DNA from: an uncultured Gammaproteobacteria bacterium
Lineage (GTDB): Bacteria > Patescibacteriota > Microgenomatia > UBA8517
Direction: 5' to 3'
NCBI GenBank assembly: GCA_964431555.1
Contig: CAYSJW010000004.1
Location: 9,951 to 73,950, forward strand
Length of the DNA: 64,000 bases
The translations under genes were made by a program, and so were the position numbers. Below are positions 49,851 through 59,955 of this stretch, piece after piece. The notes below the pieces were generated by a model, which worked only from the letters and a program-made list of their open reading frames with translations, was not told the origin of the DNA and did not search any database. Every line of letters begins with the position of its first letter. The stretch's first letter is position 1.

Positions 49851-51298
49851 ATTTTTCTCCTTTTTAAATCCAAAATTATATAACTGTCCGTCTTTTTCAC
49901 CAATTCAAAATTTTCAGATAATTCCTTGGTTTGAGAATCAAAATTAACAGAAACATAAAATTCCGCCCCTTTTTCTATCAGTTCATCAATAGACCTATCC
50001 AAATAAGGCCAACCATAACGATTAGTTTGATACAAAAAAGCCGTATCTGCATTATAAGGAGTGATAACAAGAGAATTCTTAGGAGCAAGTTTATCAAGAG
50101 CGCTTCCTGCCATTATTATCTCAGGGTGATTTACATTATAAAAATCTTTTATAGTAGATAAACTTGTGATAAAGCCTATCCCAAGGCAAAAAAAGAGTAC
50201 AAAAACTAGTGCAACTTTATTAAAACATTTTGTTTGAAACATCCAGAATGAACCTCTGGCCAAAATTAAAGAAATAGAGGGGATTATTAAAGTCTGATAG
50301 TAATCATGTCTAACATTCGCGGTTGCAACCAATATCAAATAAAAAGCAGAGCTTAAAAAAAATATTCTTTCGAAACTATTTTTGGATTTTACTAAAAAGC
50401 CTAAAACAAATGGCACCAAACCCCAGCCTCCCAAAATCAAATGTCCAATTCTCTCGCCGAAAATCCACCGCCAAAATGAAGGTCTAAAACGAATCCTATC
50501 CCCATTAAACATCCACTTCCAAAAGGGAATCCCTTCTGGGAATTGAGTTTCCCACAAACGCCACAAAACAAAAGGTAATATAATAATAAGCACAAAAACT
50601 ACTAAAGATGATAATAAAACCTTATCATTAAATACCTTTTTAAAACCGAAATTTCTCAAGAGTAGAAAAATCATTGGAATCGAATAAAAAAGTACGAAAG
50701 GTTTAACCAAAACTCCCAAAGATAAAAAAATAGCTGCGAAAAAAAGATAATAAACTTTATATCTCTCAACAAACAATATAAAAAATGACAAAGATAAAAG
50801 ACCCAAACAAACCGCCAAAGGTTCAGGCAAAATAACCCTTGAATAATAAATATTAAAGGGAATAAACAAAAATAAAAAAGACGAAACCAAACCATACCAT
50901 TTATTTTCAACCCATCTGCCTATAAAGAAAATCAAAATTCCCGAAATAATAGACAAAATTACCGAAAGAAGCCTACCCCAAATTTCCAATGAAAACTTTG
51001 GATAAATATTATAAAGAAGAAAATGTAAAAAATTGTATAAAGGAAATTCAACAAATCTATATCCACGGGGATTAAACTTACCTGTTTGTATTGTTGAAAT
51101 ATCATAATATCTTGGTAGTAAAAGATTTACACCTTCATTGACATAAATTCTTGTTACCGAAGAGGTGTCTGCCTGCCTCCAAGAGTGCCAATCGGCTACG
51201 GGATTCTCGATTTTATACAACCTAATTAAAAAAGCGAAAATTAGTATTAAAAACAAAATAAAATATTCTAGATATTTAAATCTCATAAATATTCTCAT
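49847..51298 (-). CDS. GT-C fold membrane glycosyltransferase, ArnT/PMT-like (COG1807-like)
   Basis: About 11 TM; N-terminal loop ENPVADWHSWRQADTSSVTRIY, typical of PMT_2/GT39-like proteins. Confidence 0.5.
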   Translation of the reverse strand: MRIFMRFKYLEYFILFLILIFAFLIRLYKIENPVADWHSWRQADTSSVTRIYVNEGVNLLLPRYYDISTIQTGKFNPRGYRFVEFPLYNFLHFLLYNIYPKFSLEIWGRLLSVILSIISGILIFFIGRWVENKWYGLVSSFLFLFIPFNIYYSRVILPEPLAVCLGLLSLSFFILFVERYKVYYLFFAAIFLSLGVLVKPFVLFYSIPMIFLLLRNFGFKKVFNDKVLLSSLVVFVLIIILPFVLWRLWETQFPEGIPFWKWMFNGDRIRFRPSFWRWIFGERIGHLILGGWGLVPFVLGFLVKSKNSFERIFFLSSAFYLILVATANVRHDYYQTLIIPSISLILARGSFWMFQTKCFNKVALVFVLFFCLGIGFITSLSTIKDFYNVNHPEIIMAGSALDKLAPKNSLVITPYNADTAFLYQTNRYGWPYLDRSIDELIEKGAEFYVSVNFDSQTKELSENFELVKKTDSYIILDLKRRKI

Positions 51299-51299
51299 C

Positions 51300-52685
51300 C
51301 TAATATTCTCCTTTTTCTGTACTTAATAATCCCTGCGACATACCAATAAAAAACCAAAAAACTATTGCAAATTTTGAAGCTTCAAAAACATCTATAAAGA
51401 AAGCATTGATAAATATTCCGCTCAAACCGCCAAAAAGCCCAGCGACAAAAGCTAATTCCTCTTTAGCCAGAAATTTTTCGAAAGGAATTCTCTTTAAGAA
51501 TTCCAAAATTAACCTCAAAAATACCAAAATAAACGACAAAAAACCCAAAATTCCAGTTTCCCCCAAAGCTCTCAAGAAATCGTTATCTGTCGCCAGCGTT
51601 ATAGAAGAATAACCTGTTCCTAAAAGAGGATTTTTAATAAAGGCTCTCACCGCTCTGGGCCATTCAACATTCAAACGGATATTGCTTGACCTGTCCTCCA
51701 ATACAGGTGTTGGTGTAGGTGTTGGAGTGAACACATTTCTTTTAAGATTAATTTCGCTTTCTGCATACACCTTACCAACTAGATTAACATTATAACTAAA
51801 ACTTTCTTTTAAAACCTCTATTAACCTGGAGTATCTCAATAAAAGATTTGATGAATATAAGGCAAAAACCAAACTAAGTAAAACAATCGGTATTATAGCT
51901 TTGTATTTCTTAACCAATAAAAGCGCCAAAGAAACTGAAAAAAAATATGAAAATATTGAAATCCTTGATGCAGCGTTCACTAAAAGCCACATCGAAGCAA
52001 GATAAGCCGTAAAGATAATCAATTTATCAATAAAACTTGCAAAAATAAAAAAGGCGGTAATTATAATAGGTAAAACCATAACCAGAAAAGTTGCTAAATC
52101 ATAATGCCCGGCAAAAGTAGAATTTATATGGCCCCCCGGAACATAACGCAAAGCAATTCCTCTAGAATACTCTTGATTCTGTGTAACAATCATCGGCCAA
52201 TAAAAATTCTTCTGGCCATAACCGTAGATAAAAGCTAAAAAAACAACCACTAAAATTAACTTAAAGAAAAATGAAAAATTAATATTTTTTCTGATAATCT
52301 CCAGACCCAAAACAAAAGGTAAAAAATACTCAACTCTCCTTAGCCAATGAAAAAACCCGATTTTAAGATCGATAGTCTTGGTAATAAATGCCGATGATAA
52401 AAGCGAAATAAAAGCGATTGAAAGATAAAGAACCATAACTTTAACAATTTTGTTCTTTGTATAATATTTAATGTTCTGACTTAAGGATATAAATACAACG
52501 ACACCAACTAAAATTAATACAAGATCTTCAAAACGTATAGCCACAAAAGCCCCACTAATATTAAATAGTGGAAATTTCGGGTAAAGAGTAACCAGCAATA
52601 TTACTAGAGCACCTAAATATTTATAGATCCATTTAGGCAACCTTAAATGCTTTAATATATATCTCATAGGCTTTCCTCCCTTCAA
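51300..52685 (-). CDS. Wzy/O-antigen-ligase-family membrane protein (glycan polymerase or ligase)
   Basis: Ten or more TM; periplasmic loop with a PTPTPTP linker; C-terminal NDFLRALGETGILGFLSF (Wzy_C-like). Confidence 0.5.
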   Translation of the reverse strand: MKGGKPMRYILKHLRLPKWIYKYLGALVILLVTLYPKFPLFNISGAFVAIRFEDLVLILVGVVVFISLSQNIKYYTKNKIVKVMVLYLSIAFISLLSSAFITKTIDLKIGFFHWLRRVEYFLPFVLGLEIIRKNINFSFFFKLILVVVFLAFIYGYGQKNFYWPMIVTQNQEYSRGIALRYVPGGHINSTFAGHYDLATFLVMVLPIIITAFFIFASFIDKLIIFTAYLASMWLLVNAASRISIFSYFFSVSLALLLVKKYKAIIPIVLLSLVFALYSSNLLLRYSRLIEVLKESFSYNVNLVGKVYAESEINLKRNVFTPTPTPTPVLEDRSSNIRLNVEWPRAVRAFIKNPLLGTGYSSITLATDNDFLRALGETGILGFLSFILVFLRLILEFLKRIPFEKFLAKEELAFVAGLFGGLSGIFINAFFIDVFEASKFAIVFWFFIGMSQGLLSTEKGEY

Positions 52686-53553
52686 TCAAGCCAAAGATTA
52701 AAGCTCTCAATAACGCTCCGGCTTTCAAAAAAAATATTAAAAAAGGAAACTGCCAATTAGGCATATTTTTCTTATAGAAAATTTTAATTCCTTTATACTC
52801 AGAGATAATAGGAAACTCCTTAGTACTACTAGCGCCTCCAAGATGAATTATTTTCCACTTTGGTAAATAAAATACCCTTAAGCCCATTTTTTTTACTCGG
52901 TAACAATAATCAACTTCTTCTGTATACATAAAATAATCTTCATCGAAACCATTAACTTTATCGAATATTCCTTTTCTAGTAAGTAAAAATGCCCCAGTTA
53001 CCCAATCTTGCTCTCTTTCCTTATTAAATTGACTTAAACCTTTGTAGAAAAAGGACTTTTTATGAACTGGATGAAACGGTTTAATATAAAGGTCAAGCAG
53101 AGGTATATCTTCAACAAAAAACATCCAGCAAAAAACCCTAAATAATGTAGGAAAAAAACCCCCCGAACCTTGCAAGGTACCATCGTTATTTTTCAACGCG
53201 CAAGTAATTATCCCAACATCATTATTTTTATCCATCCAATCTATTATTTTACCAAAAATATTATTCTCAATGATTGTGTCTGAATTCAGAAACAACAAAT
53301 ATCTACCCTTGGCAATTTTCGCCGCTTTGTTATTAGCCTTAGCAAAACCTAAATTCTTTTTGCTTTTAATGATTCTAATATTTTTATAATTTTTATACTT
53401 TTTTACTAAAAAATCATACGAACCATCCACTGACGCATTGTCTATAATAATTATTTCGTAATTCAAACCTTTTGAATTTTTTAAAATTGACTTAATACAA
53501 TTATTAGTAATTATTTTCGTGTTGTAATTAACTATTGCTATCGAAAGTTCCAT
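52633..53553 (-). CDS. GT2 glycosyltransferase
   Basis: LSIAIVNYNTK...IDNASVDGS...FDEDYFMYTEEVDYCYR. Confidence 0.65.
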   Translation of the reverse strand: MELSIAIVNYNTKIITNNCIKSILKNSKGLNYEIIIIDNASVDGSYDFLVKKYKNYKNIRIIKSKKNLGFAKANNKAAKIAKGRYLLFLNSDTIIENNIFGKIIDWMDKNNDVGIITCALKNNDGTLQGSGGFFPTLFRVFCWMFFVEDIPLLDLYIKPFHPVHKKSFFYKGLSQFNKEREQDWVTGAFLLTRKGIFDKVNGFDEDYFMYTEEVDYCYRVKKMGLRVFYLPKWKIIHLGGASSTKEFPIISEYKGIKIFYKKNMPNWQFPFLIFFLKAGALLRALIFGLIEGRKAYEIYIKAFKVA

Positions 53554-54104
53554 AATTTTGACAAAACTTTAATAAAGTCATTTATCGTTTCTATCCAAGA
53601 TTTATAAATATAAGGGATTATTAATAAAGTAATTACACCTATCAACAATCTAATATAAATATTGCTATTTACAGCTTTAACAATAATTTTTTGCCTCCAA
53701 TTTTTATTTTCTATAATTATCGTGTCTTTAGGATCTTTTGGTTCAAAACCATTAATAAATATGCTTTCTCTAAAAGGATGAACAATTTCTTCTAAATAAG
53801 TGCTTCTTGTTTGGTCTCTTATAATTATTTGTGCTTCTTCTGGAGGATAATTTAATCTAAATGTAGGTAATTTAACCACATGTAAAAAATAATTATTTTT
53901 AAATTGATCTATATAATATTCAATAACTTCTTCTCTTTTATAATTTGTAAAATACGCTCTTCTTTTAATATCTTCTGTATCAGCTGGTTCATTTGATGTT
54001 AAGGAATCATCTATTTTTTCTGGAAATTTTAGATTTGGTATTAATAAATAATTTATAAATAATATTGTACAAATAATATATCCTATTTTCATGAAATATT
54101 TCAT
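53538..54104 (-). CDS. Hypothetical membrane protein (TM at both ends)
   Basis: 188 aa with N- and C-terminal hydrophobic helices. No recognisable domain. Confidence 0.3.
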   Translation of the reverse strand: MKYFMKIGYIICTILFINYLLIPNLKFPEKIDDSLTSNEPADTEDIKRRAYFTNYKREEVIEYYIDQFKNNYFLHVVKLPTFRLNYPPEEAQIIIRDQTRSTYLEEIVHPFRESIFINGFEPKDPKDTIIIENKNWRQKIIVKAVNSNIYIRLLIGVITLLIIPYIYKSWIETINDFIKVLSKLWNFR

Positions 54105-54123
54105 GAGTAATAATACTATTCAA

Positions 54124-54768
54124 TTATATAAAAAGCTTAGATCTACCCAAAATATATGAATAATTATTAAGCTTTCTAACACCAATTTTTTTAGCAGGAA
54201 TCCCAGCTACAATTGTATTCTCCCGAACATCTTTAGTTACTACAGCCCCTGCGCAAACTACAGCTCCTTTACCAATTGAAACACCCGGTAAAATAATTGA
54301 TCTTGGACCTATAAAACAATAATCTCCAATCTTTACTTTATTAGATATCGCCTTAAATTCGGGATCATTTATATCATGCTCTGAATTGTAAATCATAACA
54401 TCTGAAGCAATATCCACGTGATTACCAATATGAAGTGATGATCTACCATCTAAAAGCGCGTTATTACCGATAATTGTATCTTCGCCAATCTTTACCCCCT
54501 TCGGTTCAAAAAACCTACAACCCATATGAATGGTTGAACCTTTACCAATTTTAACTCCTGCAGTCTTAAATATAAATTTCCGTATAATATGAAAAGGTAT
54601 ATGAAAACTAACAATATGTATCAAAAACAATCTAAAATCCAAAAAATAATTATAAAATCTACTTATAGCCTTTTTAAAAGCTTCATTTAAACTTAAAATA
54701 TTGCCGTTTTTATCACAAAAACAAATTCCTTTATTTGTAAATTTTATATTTTCTCTAAAAGGTATCAT
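54124..54768 (-). CDS. Left-handed beta-helix (hexapeptide-repeat) sugar O-acetyltransferase
   Basis: Tandem hexapeptide repeats IGKGSTIHMGC...IGEDTIIGNNAL...IGDYCFIGPRSIILPGVSIGKGAVV. Confidence 0.55.
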   Translation of the reverse strand: MIPFRENIKFTNKGICFCDKNGNILSLNEAFKKAISRFYNYFLDFRLFLIHIVSFHIPFHIIRKFIFKTAGVKIGKGSTIHMGCRFFEPKGVKIGEDTIIGNNALLDGRSSLHIGNHVDIASDVMIYNSEHDINDPEFKAISNKVKIGDYCFIGPRSIILPGVSIGKGAVVCAGAVVTKDVRENTIVAGIPAKKIGVRKLNNYSYILGRSKLFI

Positions 54769-55907
54769 ACCGCATTTTCAATTAAACTAATCGTTTTTAT
54801 TGCAGTTTTATCCCAAGAAAATTTTTTAATTTGTTTAAAACCTTTTTCTACGAGATTATTATATTCTAATTCATTCATCAACAAAACTTTACTAATCCCT
54901 TCGGAAATACTAATCGGACTAAAAGGATCTACATAAATTCCAGCACTACCTCCCACTTCAGGAAGACTGGCAAGTTTACTTAAAACAACAGGTGTTCCGC
55001 AGGCAAGAGAAGATAAAACATCCATTCCAAAACCTTCCCAAAAAGAAGGTAAAACAAAAACTCTTGCTCCCTTTATAATCGCTGGTTTATCTTCCTCTGA
55101 AATATAATCTGTAAAAATTACTCTATTCTCAAGTTTTTTTTCTCTGACTTTATTGTAAATAGAATCATAAAGCCATCCCTTTTTACCCGCTATTACCAAT
55201 TTATACTCTGGAAACCTATCTTTTATTAAATAAAACCCTTCAATCAAACCTTCTATATTTTTACTAGGCTTTAACGTGCCAATAAACAAGATATAGTTTT
55301 CATCTATATTATATTTTTTCAATATTTGTCGCACAAAATTATTATTAATTTTTGTATTAAATCTTCTATTATCAAAACCATGATATATCACCCTAATTTT
55401 TTTTAAAGCAAAAGGATATTGTCGCACAATATCATTTTTCGTTGAATATGAAACAGCAATGATATATTTTGATACATATATAGAAATAGCAGTCCAGTAC
55501 TTTAATTGCCAATAATCATATTTTTTAAAATGATCCGAAAATTTGAGATATCCTAGGTCATGCAAGGTAAAAATTTTTGGTATCTTTAAAGATAATGGTA
55601 AGTAATGGGAAGGTGTAAAAAAAACATCAGGCCTAGGTCTTTTATATAACTGAAGCGTTAACTTTTTCAAAACCCAAAATTTATTTCCTTTTACGACCTT
55701 ATACTTCCAAAAAATATTTTCTTTCGGTAAATCGTCATTGGGATTAGATTTTAGAAATATCGAAAAAGTATTTGGATTACTTTTTAGGTTGTTAAGTCTA
55801 TAAAATCCCCATAATATCTCAAAAGCATAATTAGAAACACCTACTTTCTCTTTAGTATTGGCTTCATTACCATCTATAGCTATATGCATATTCTTATAAA
55901 TTAACAA
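54765..55907 (-). CDS. GT4 glycosyltransferase
   Basis: LPSFWEGFGMDVLSSLACGTPVV. Confidence 0.65.
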   Translation of the reverse strand: MLIYKNMHIAIDGNEANTKEKVGVSNYAFEILWGFYRLNNLKSNPNTFSIFLKSNPNDDLPKENIFWKYKVVKGNKFWVLKKLTLQLYKRPRPDVFFTPSHYLPLSLKIPKIFTLHDLGYLKFSDHFKKYDYWQLKYWTAISIYVSKYIIAVSYSTKNDIVRQYPFALKKIRVIYHGFDNRRFNTKINNNFVRQILKKYNIDENYILFIGTLKPSKNIEGLIEGFYLIKDRFPEYKLVIAGKKGWLYDSIYNKVREKKLENRVIFTDYISEEDKPAIIKGARVFVLPSFWEGFGMDVLSSLACGTPVVLSKLASLPEVGGSAGIYVDPFSPISISEGISKVLLMNELEYNNLVEKGFKQIKKFSWDKTAIKTISLIENAV

Positions 55908-55986
55908 TTCTACTCTATTAAAAGAAAAATTTAAATTTGATTATCAGCAAAACAAAAAATATCTAATAATATAAAAAAACAAAGTT

Positions 55987-57078
55987 CTAACTACTCTCTA
56001 GATAAACTTTTAATGTTTCTTTTGCGGTTCTTTCCCAAGAGTAATTTTTCAAACGCTTTAACCCCAATTTTATAAGTTTACTCCTATTTAAGATTGCTTT
56101 TCGAATGCCTTCATAAATAGAGTAAACATCGTAAGGATCAACTAAGACAGCGGCTCTACCCGCAACTTCTGCCATGCTACCTAAATTTGAAGTAACAACG
56201 GGAGTTTTACAAGAAAAAGCTTCCAAAATTGGAAGACCGAAACCTTCATATAAAGATGGATAAACCAGAGCTTCAGCTCCCGAATACAATGAAGGTAGGA
56301 TATCATAAGATACAAAACCGGTAAAAATCACTCCAGGAGTTTGAGGTAAATTTACAAAAGAATTACCAACAATTACCAACTGGATATCAGTTTCTGCTCT
56401 AATTTTCTCTAACGCTTCAATAATTCTTCTTGTATTCTTCCTTTCATTTACACCTACTGAAAGCAGATACTTTCCCCGAATTCTCAATCTTTGCTTAACT
56501 TTTTCAATTTCTCGTTTCTTGACAGGTTTAAAACTAGAATCCAAAGCTTCAGGAATCACTCTGATTTTCTCTCTCTTAAAACCTATATCTTCCAAATCCA
56601 AAGCTGTAGAAAAAGATGGAACTATAATTCTATCCACCTCTTTTCTTACCCATTCTAAACGCAATTTTTGATTATTAATCAACTTCGCTGAAGACAAAGC
56701 AGGGTATTTAACCGGAACAACATCGTGAACCGTCGTAACCTTGAAAGAGTTGGACGGCGGCTGAGTCCAATCAGAGGAGTGAAAAACATCTATCTTTCCA
56801 ATCAAATTTTCTATTCGAAAAAAATGCAGTCTATTCCAGATAATATCAGCCAAAGCCGGAGGAAACGGAAATACTTTAAAACTAAAGTTTATTGCTTTAA
56901 ATTTACTTAATATTGTTTTTAACTCCCCTATCCTCCTTAATGAACCGCCAAAAATAAGGTATTGATTCTCTTTATCATAAAGTAAAATATTCTCAATTAA
57001 ATTTCTCGTATAAACGGATACTCCTGTTCCATATATAATCTGTGAAGCGTCAATCGCTATTCTCATACTCCCAGACAA
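55987..57078 (-). CDS. GT4 glycosyltransferase
   Basis: YPSLYEGFGLPILEAFSCKTPVVTS. Confidence 0.65.
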   Translation of the reverse strand: MSGSMRIAIDASQIIYGTGVSVYTRNLIENILLYDKENQYLIFGGSLRRIGELKTILSKFKAINFSFKVFPFPPALADIIWNRLHFFRIENLIGKIDVFHSSDWTQPPSNSFKVTTVHDVVPVKYPALSSAKLINNQKLRLEWVRKEVDRIIVPSFSTALDLEDIGFKREKIRVIPEALDSSFKPVKKREIEKVKQRLRIRGKYLLSVGVNERKNTRRIIEALEKIRAETDIQLVIVGNSFVNLPQTPGVIFTGFVSYDILPSLYSGAEALVYPSLYEGFGLPILEAFSCKTPVVTSNLGSMAEVAGRAAVLVDPYDVYSIYEGIRKAILNRSKLIKLGLKRLKNYSWERTAKETLKVYLESS

Positions 57079-58474
57079 TTATACCGTTAAAATCATAAAT
57101 ATTCCCCCTTTTATAGCCTGAATTCTCAATATTTTGTTTTACCAAATCTTTTGGATCAAAAATATCCTGAAGATATCTTATATACCAAATTCTCTTTATC
57201 TTTTTATCAAGAAAATCATCCTTTTTAACAATTTCCTTTGGACCACCATAATACTGATAAGCCTCTCTTTGATAATCCGATGCAAAAACCAATGCAAAGT
57301 TGTTTTGAGACTCTTTTTTTACCTCACTTACCAACCCCCTCCAATTTTCACGGTGAAAGTTCGGTAAAAAAAGATACGACAACGCTGAAACTATACTCAC
57401 AGTCAGAGAAAAGATTAGAGCTATATTTTTCCAGCTTTTAGGCAGGTTCAAAATTAAGAAAGTAATGATAAGCAAGAATGGTGGAAGTATAAAAATCAAC
57501 CTAAAATAAGAAAATATCGATATAAATAAACCGATTATTGCCGAAAATATAAAAGGCAAAAAGAACCAATAAAGAAGAAGTATAAAATTCTTATTCTTTA
57601 GTAATTTTTTTGAAAAACCCTTTAAAAAACAAATAAAATAAAAGGCAGATAAGAAAGTTATCAAAGAAAAATACAAATTCTTGTTTTCCAAGCTTATTCT
57701 ACCCAAAATAAACTTAATCGGCACCAATGAAATACTCTTTAAATCAACCCTACCAAGTATATTCCACCACAAACTTCCAGTTTCTTTTACATTTAAACCA
57801 ATCCCAATTTGTTTAAATAAAATTGGACACCAAACAAGGAAAAAAATTATCAAAGGCATGTGAGAAAGAAAAAAATTCAACCACCATTTTTTATCCCTTA
57901 CGAATAAAAATCCATAAATCCAAAGAACTAAAATAACCATATTGGGTAAATAATCGGTCAAAAAATTTAAAACCAGAAATAAAGAAAACATCAACCAATA
58001 TATGTTTTTCCCAGATTCAATTGTTTTAATGTAAAGATAAAATAAAAAAAGTACTAAAAAGAGGGATAAGATATACATTCTCGCTTCCTGGGAATAATAA
58101 ATATGAAGACCATTAACTGCCAAAAATAAAGCCGAAACCAAACCAACTTCCCTTCCCAATAAGCTTCCAAGCTGGTAAATTAGATAAACCGAAACCACCC
58201 CCAAAATTAAGGAAAAACTTCTTAGAGCAATTTCAGAACTGCCGAAAATTCCACTCCAAAACTTCAAAATCAAGTAATATAAAGGGGGATGAAAATCATT
58301 AGGCGAAAATTTAGCGATAATCTCTGAATAACTCAAATTACGCACAACCAAACCAGAGGTTGCCTCATCCAACCAAAAAGACTGATTTAGATTTATCAAC
58401 CTTAAAAGAAAGGCCAAAATTAATATTGACAGTATTATTTTTTTTTCGATTATCTTATCAATTAAATTCACCAT
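57050..58474 (-). CDS. GT-C fold membrane glycosyltransferase, ArnT/PMT (GT39/GT83)-like
   Basis: Multi-TM; first loop SFWLDEATSG (the DE motif of ArnT/PMT enzymes). Confidence 0.5.
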   Translation of the reverse strand: MVNLIDKIIEKKIILSILILAFLLRLINLNQSFWLDEATSGLVVRNLSYSEIIAKFSPNDFHPPLYYLILKFWSGIFGSSEIALRSFSLILGVVSVYLIYQLGSLLGREVGLVSALFLAVNGLHIYYSQEARMYILSLFLVLFLFYLYIKTIESGKNIYWLMFSLFLVLNFLTDYLPNMVILVLWIYGFLFVRDKKWWLNFFLSHMPLIIFFLVWCPILFKQIGIGLNVKETGSLWWNILGRVDLKSISLVPIKFILGRISLENKNLYFSLITFLSAFYFICFLKGFSKKLLKNKNFILLLYWFFLPFIFSAIIGLFISIFSYFRLIFILPPFLLIITFLILNLPKSWKNIALIFSLTVSIVSALSYLFLPNFHRENWRGLVSEVKKESQNNFALVFASDYQREAYQYYGGPKEIVKKDDFLDKKIKRIWYIRYLQDIFDPKDLVKQNIENSGYKRGNIYDFNGIIVWEYENSD

Positions 58475-58478
58475 TTTT

Positions 58479-59150
58479 TTAGATTTTTATCATCCAAGGA
58501 TCCTTATTTAATAGCCAGTATAAATGTGCAACAAAGAAAAATGTCAATAATAAAATCATTAAGTATCTTAGTCTTATTTTCGATTTACTCAAGAAGTATG
58601 TTAACAGCAAAGCAAAAATAACGTGCAACAAGGGATAAAAAAATATGCAAAGTAAAGAATTAGTGTATAATTTTTCCATATTAAACCTTAACAGCGCACC
58701 AGCTACAATATTGGGAATCTTCATATAAAAAATTCCAATCTCTGGATACCTAACTCCTACAAAGTCAAAAGTATTTAAAACGATACCAAAATAATTATTG
58801 CCTTCTATATTTGTGTAACGAAAAAGATTAATTATCGAATCCAAAGCAAAAGATAGAGGCAACAAAAGATAAAACAAATTCATATCAAATCGTTTATTTT
58901 TTGAAAATCTATTCCAAACAACAAAAAAGATAAGATAAACAACCGTTAATAAGACAATATTTAAAAAATCCAAATCATCTACCACCAGACTATAATATAC
59001 TTTCCAACCATATTCATAACCTGATCTTAAAAAAAGACCAAAAGCTGCCAAAATAAAAAGCGTAGCCGAAATCCACACCTTAATTTGTTTTTTTAAAAAA
59101 GCATAAACTAAAAAACTATTTGGATACCTTCCCCTTAAATAAATACTCAA
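58479..59150 (-). CDS. Hypothetical multi-TM membrane protein
   Basis: 223 aa with about six hydrophobic helices. Confidence 0.3.
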   Translation of the reverse strand: MSIYLRGRYPNSFLVYAFLKKQIKVWISATLFILAAFGLFLRSGYEYGWKVYYSLVVDDLDFLNIVLLTVVYLIFFVVWNRFSKNKRFDMNLFYLLLPLSFALDSIINLFRYTNIEGNNYFGIVLNTFDFVGVRYPEIGIFYMKIPNIVAGALLRFNMEKLYTNSLLCIFFYPLLHVIFALLLTYFLSKSKIRLRYLMILLLTFFFVAHLYWLLNKDPWMIKI

Positions 59151-59955
59151 AAATTCCTAGAAAAAAGCCCATATCGTAAACAATTTTAAAAATAATAAAA
59201 GAAGGTTCATGATGATAAATTGATTTAGCAAGTCCAAAAATTATAGAAAAAGGAAAACTCACCCTAACTAAACCAATCAAAAAACCTAGCAATCCAAATT
59301 TAAATCTTCTTTTCGCAGCCCAACGCGCCTGAAGGTAAATTTCCTTTAAATTATCGGGATTCTTGTGATAAAAAACCGCTCCATTAACTGCTTTTGCACT
59401 GTAACCTAATTTTTCTGCCAGAGAATAATCATCTGTATAACCTCCGGGTGTAAAACCACCAACCCTTTCAAACTCGCTTTTTAGAATTGCTCTGAAAACC
59501 TTCTGCTCACTGGGATAATTTTTAGGGTGGCGTTTTCTATCCTCCCATCCTTCATTAATATTCCAACATCTCGCCAAAGAATTACTCCAATTCGCAACAA
59601 ACTCATTTTTGCTAAATACCCCCTTAACATTTCCGTCAACTATCGGTTTAACAAGCTCCCCAATAAAATTTCTATCAAAGGTCATATCAGCATCTACAAA
59701 AACCAATATTTCTCCCCTCGCATACTTTGCCCCAAGATTTCTGGCAGAACCGGCTCCCTTGTGGTGTTGCCTTAATAAAATAAAATTCTTAAGAATCTTC
59801 TTCAAATTAGAAAGTCTTTTATATGTCAAATCACTTGATCCATCATCCACAACAATAATCTCAAAATCCAAATAAGTTTGTCTACCTAAAGATTCTATGC
59901 AATTAATAATATCTTCACCCTCATTGTAAGTTGGTATTATCACTGAAACTTTCAT
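59116..59955 (-). CDS. GT2 polyprenyl-phosphate glycosyltransferase (GtrB/DPM1/ArnC-like) with two C-terminal TM helices
   Basis: MKVSVIIPTYNEGEDI...VDDGSSD...VDADMT (GT-A); C-terminal FKFGLLGFLIGLVRVSFPFSIIFGL TMs. Confidence 0.55.
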   Translation of the reverse strand: MKVSVIIPTYNEGEDIINCIESLGRQTYLDFEIIVVDDGSSDLTYKRLSNLKKILKNFILLRQHHKGAGSARNLGAKYARGEILVFVDADMTFDRNFIGELVKPIVDGNVKGVFSKNEFVANWSNSLARCWNINEGWEDRKRHPKNYPSEQKVFRAILKSEFERVGGFTPGGYTDDYSLAEKLGYSAKAVNGAVFYHKNPDNLKEIYLQARWAAKRRFKFGLLGFLIGLVRVSFPFSIIFGLAKSIYHHEPSFIIFKIVYDMGFFLGIFEYLFKGKVSK

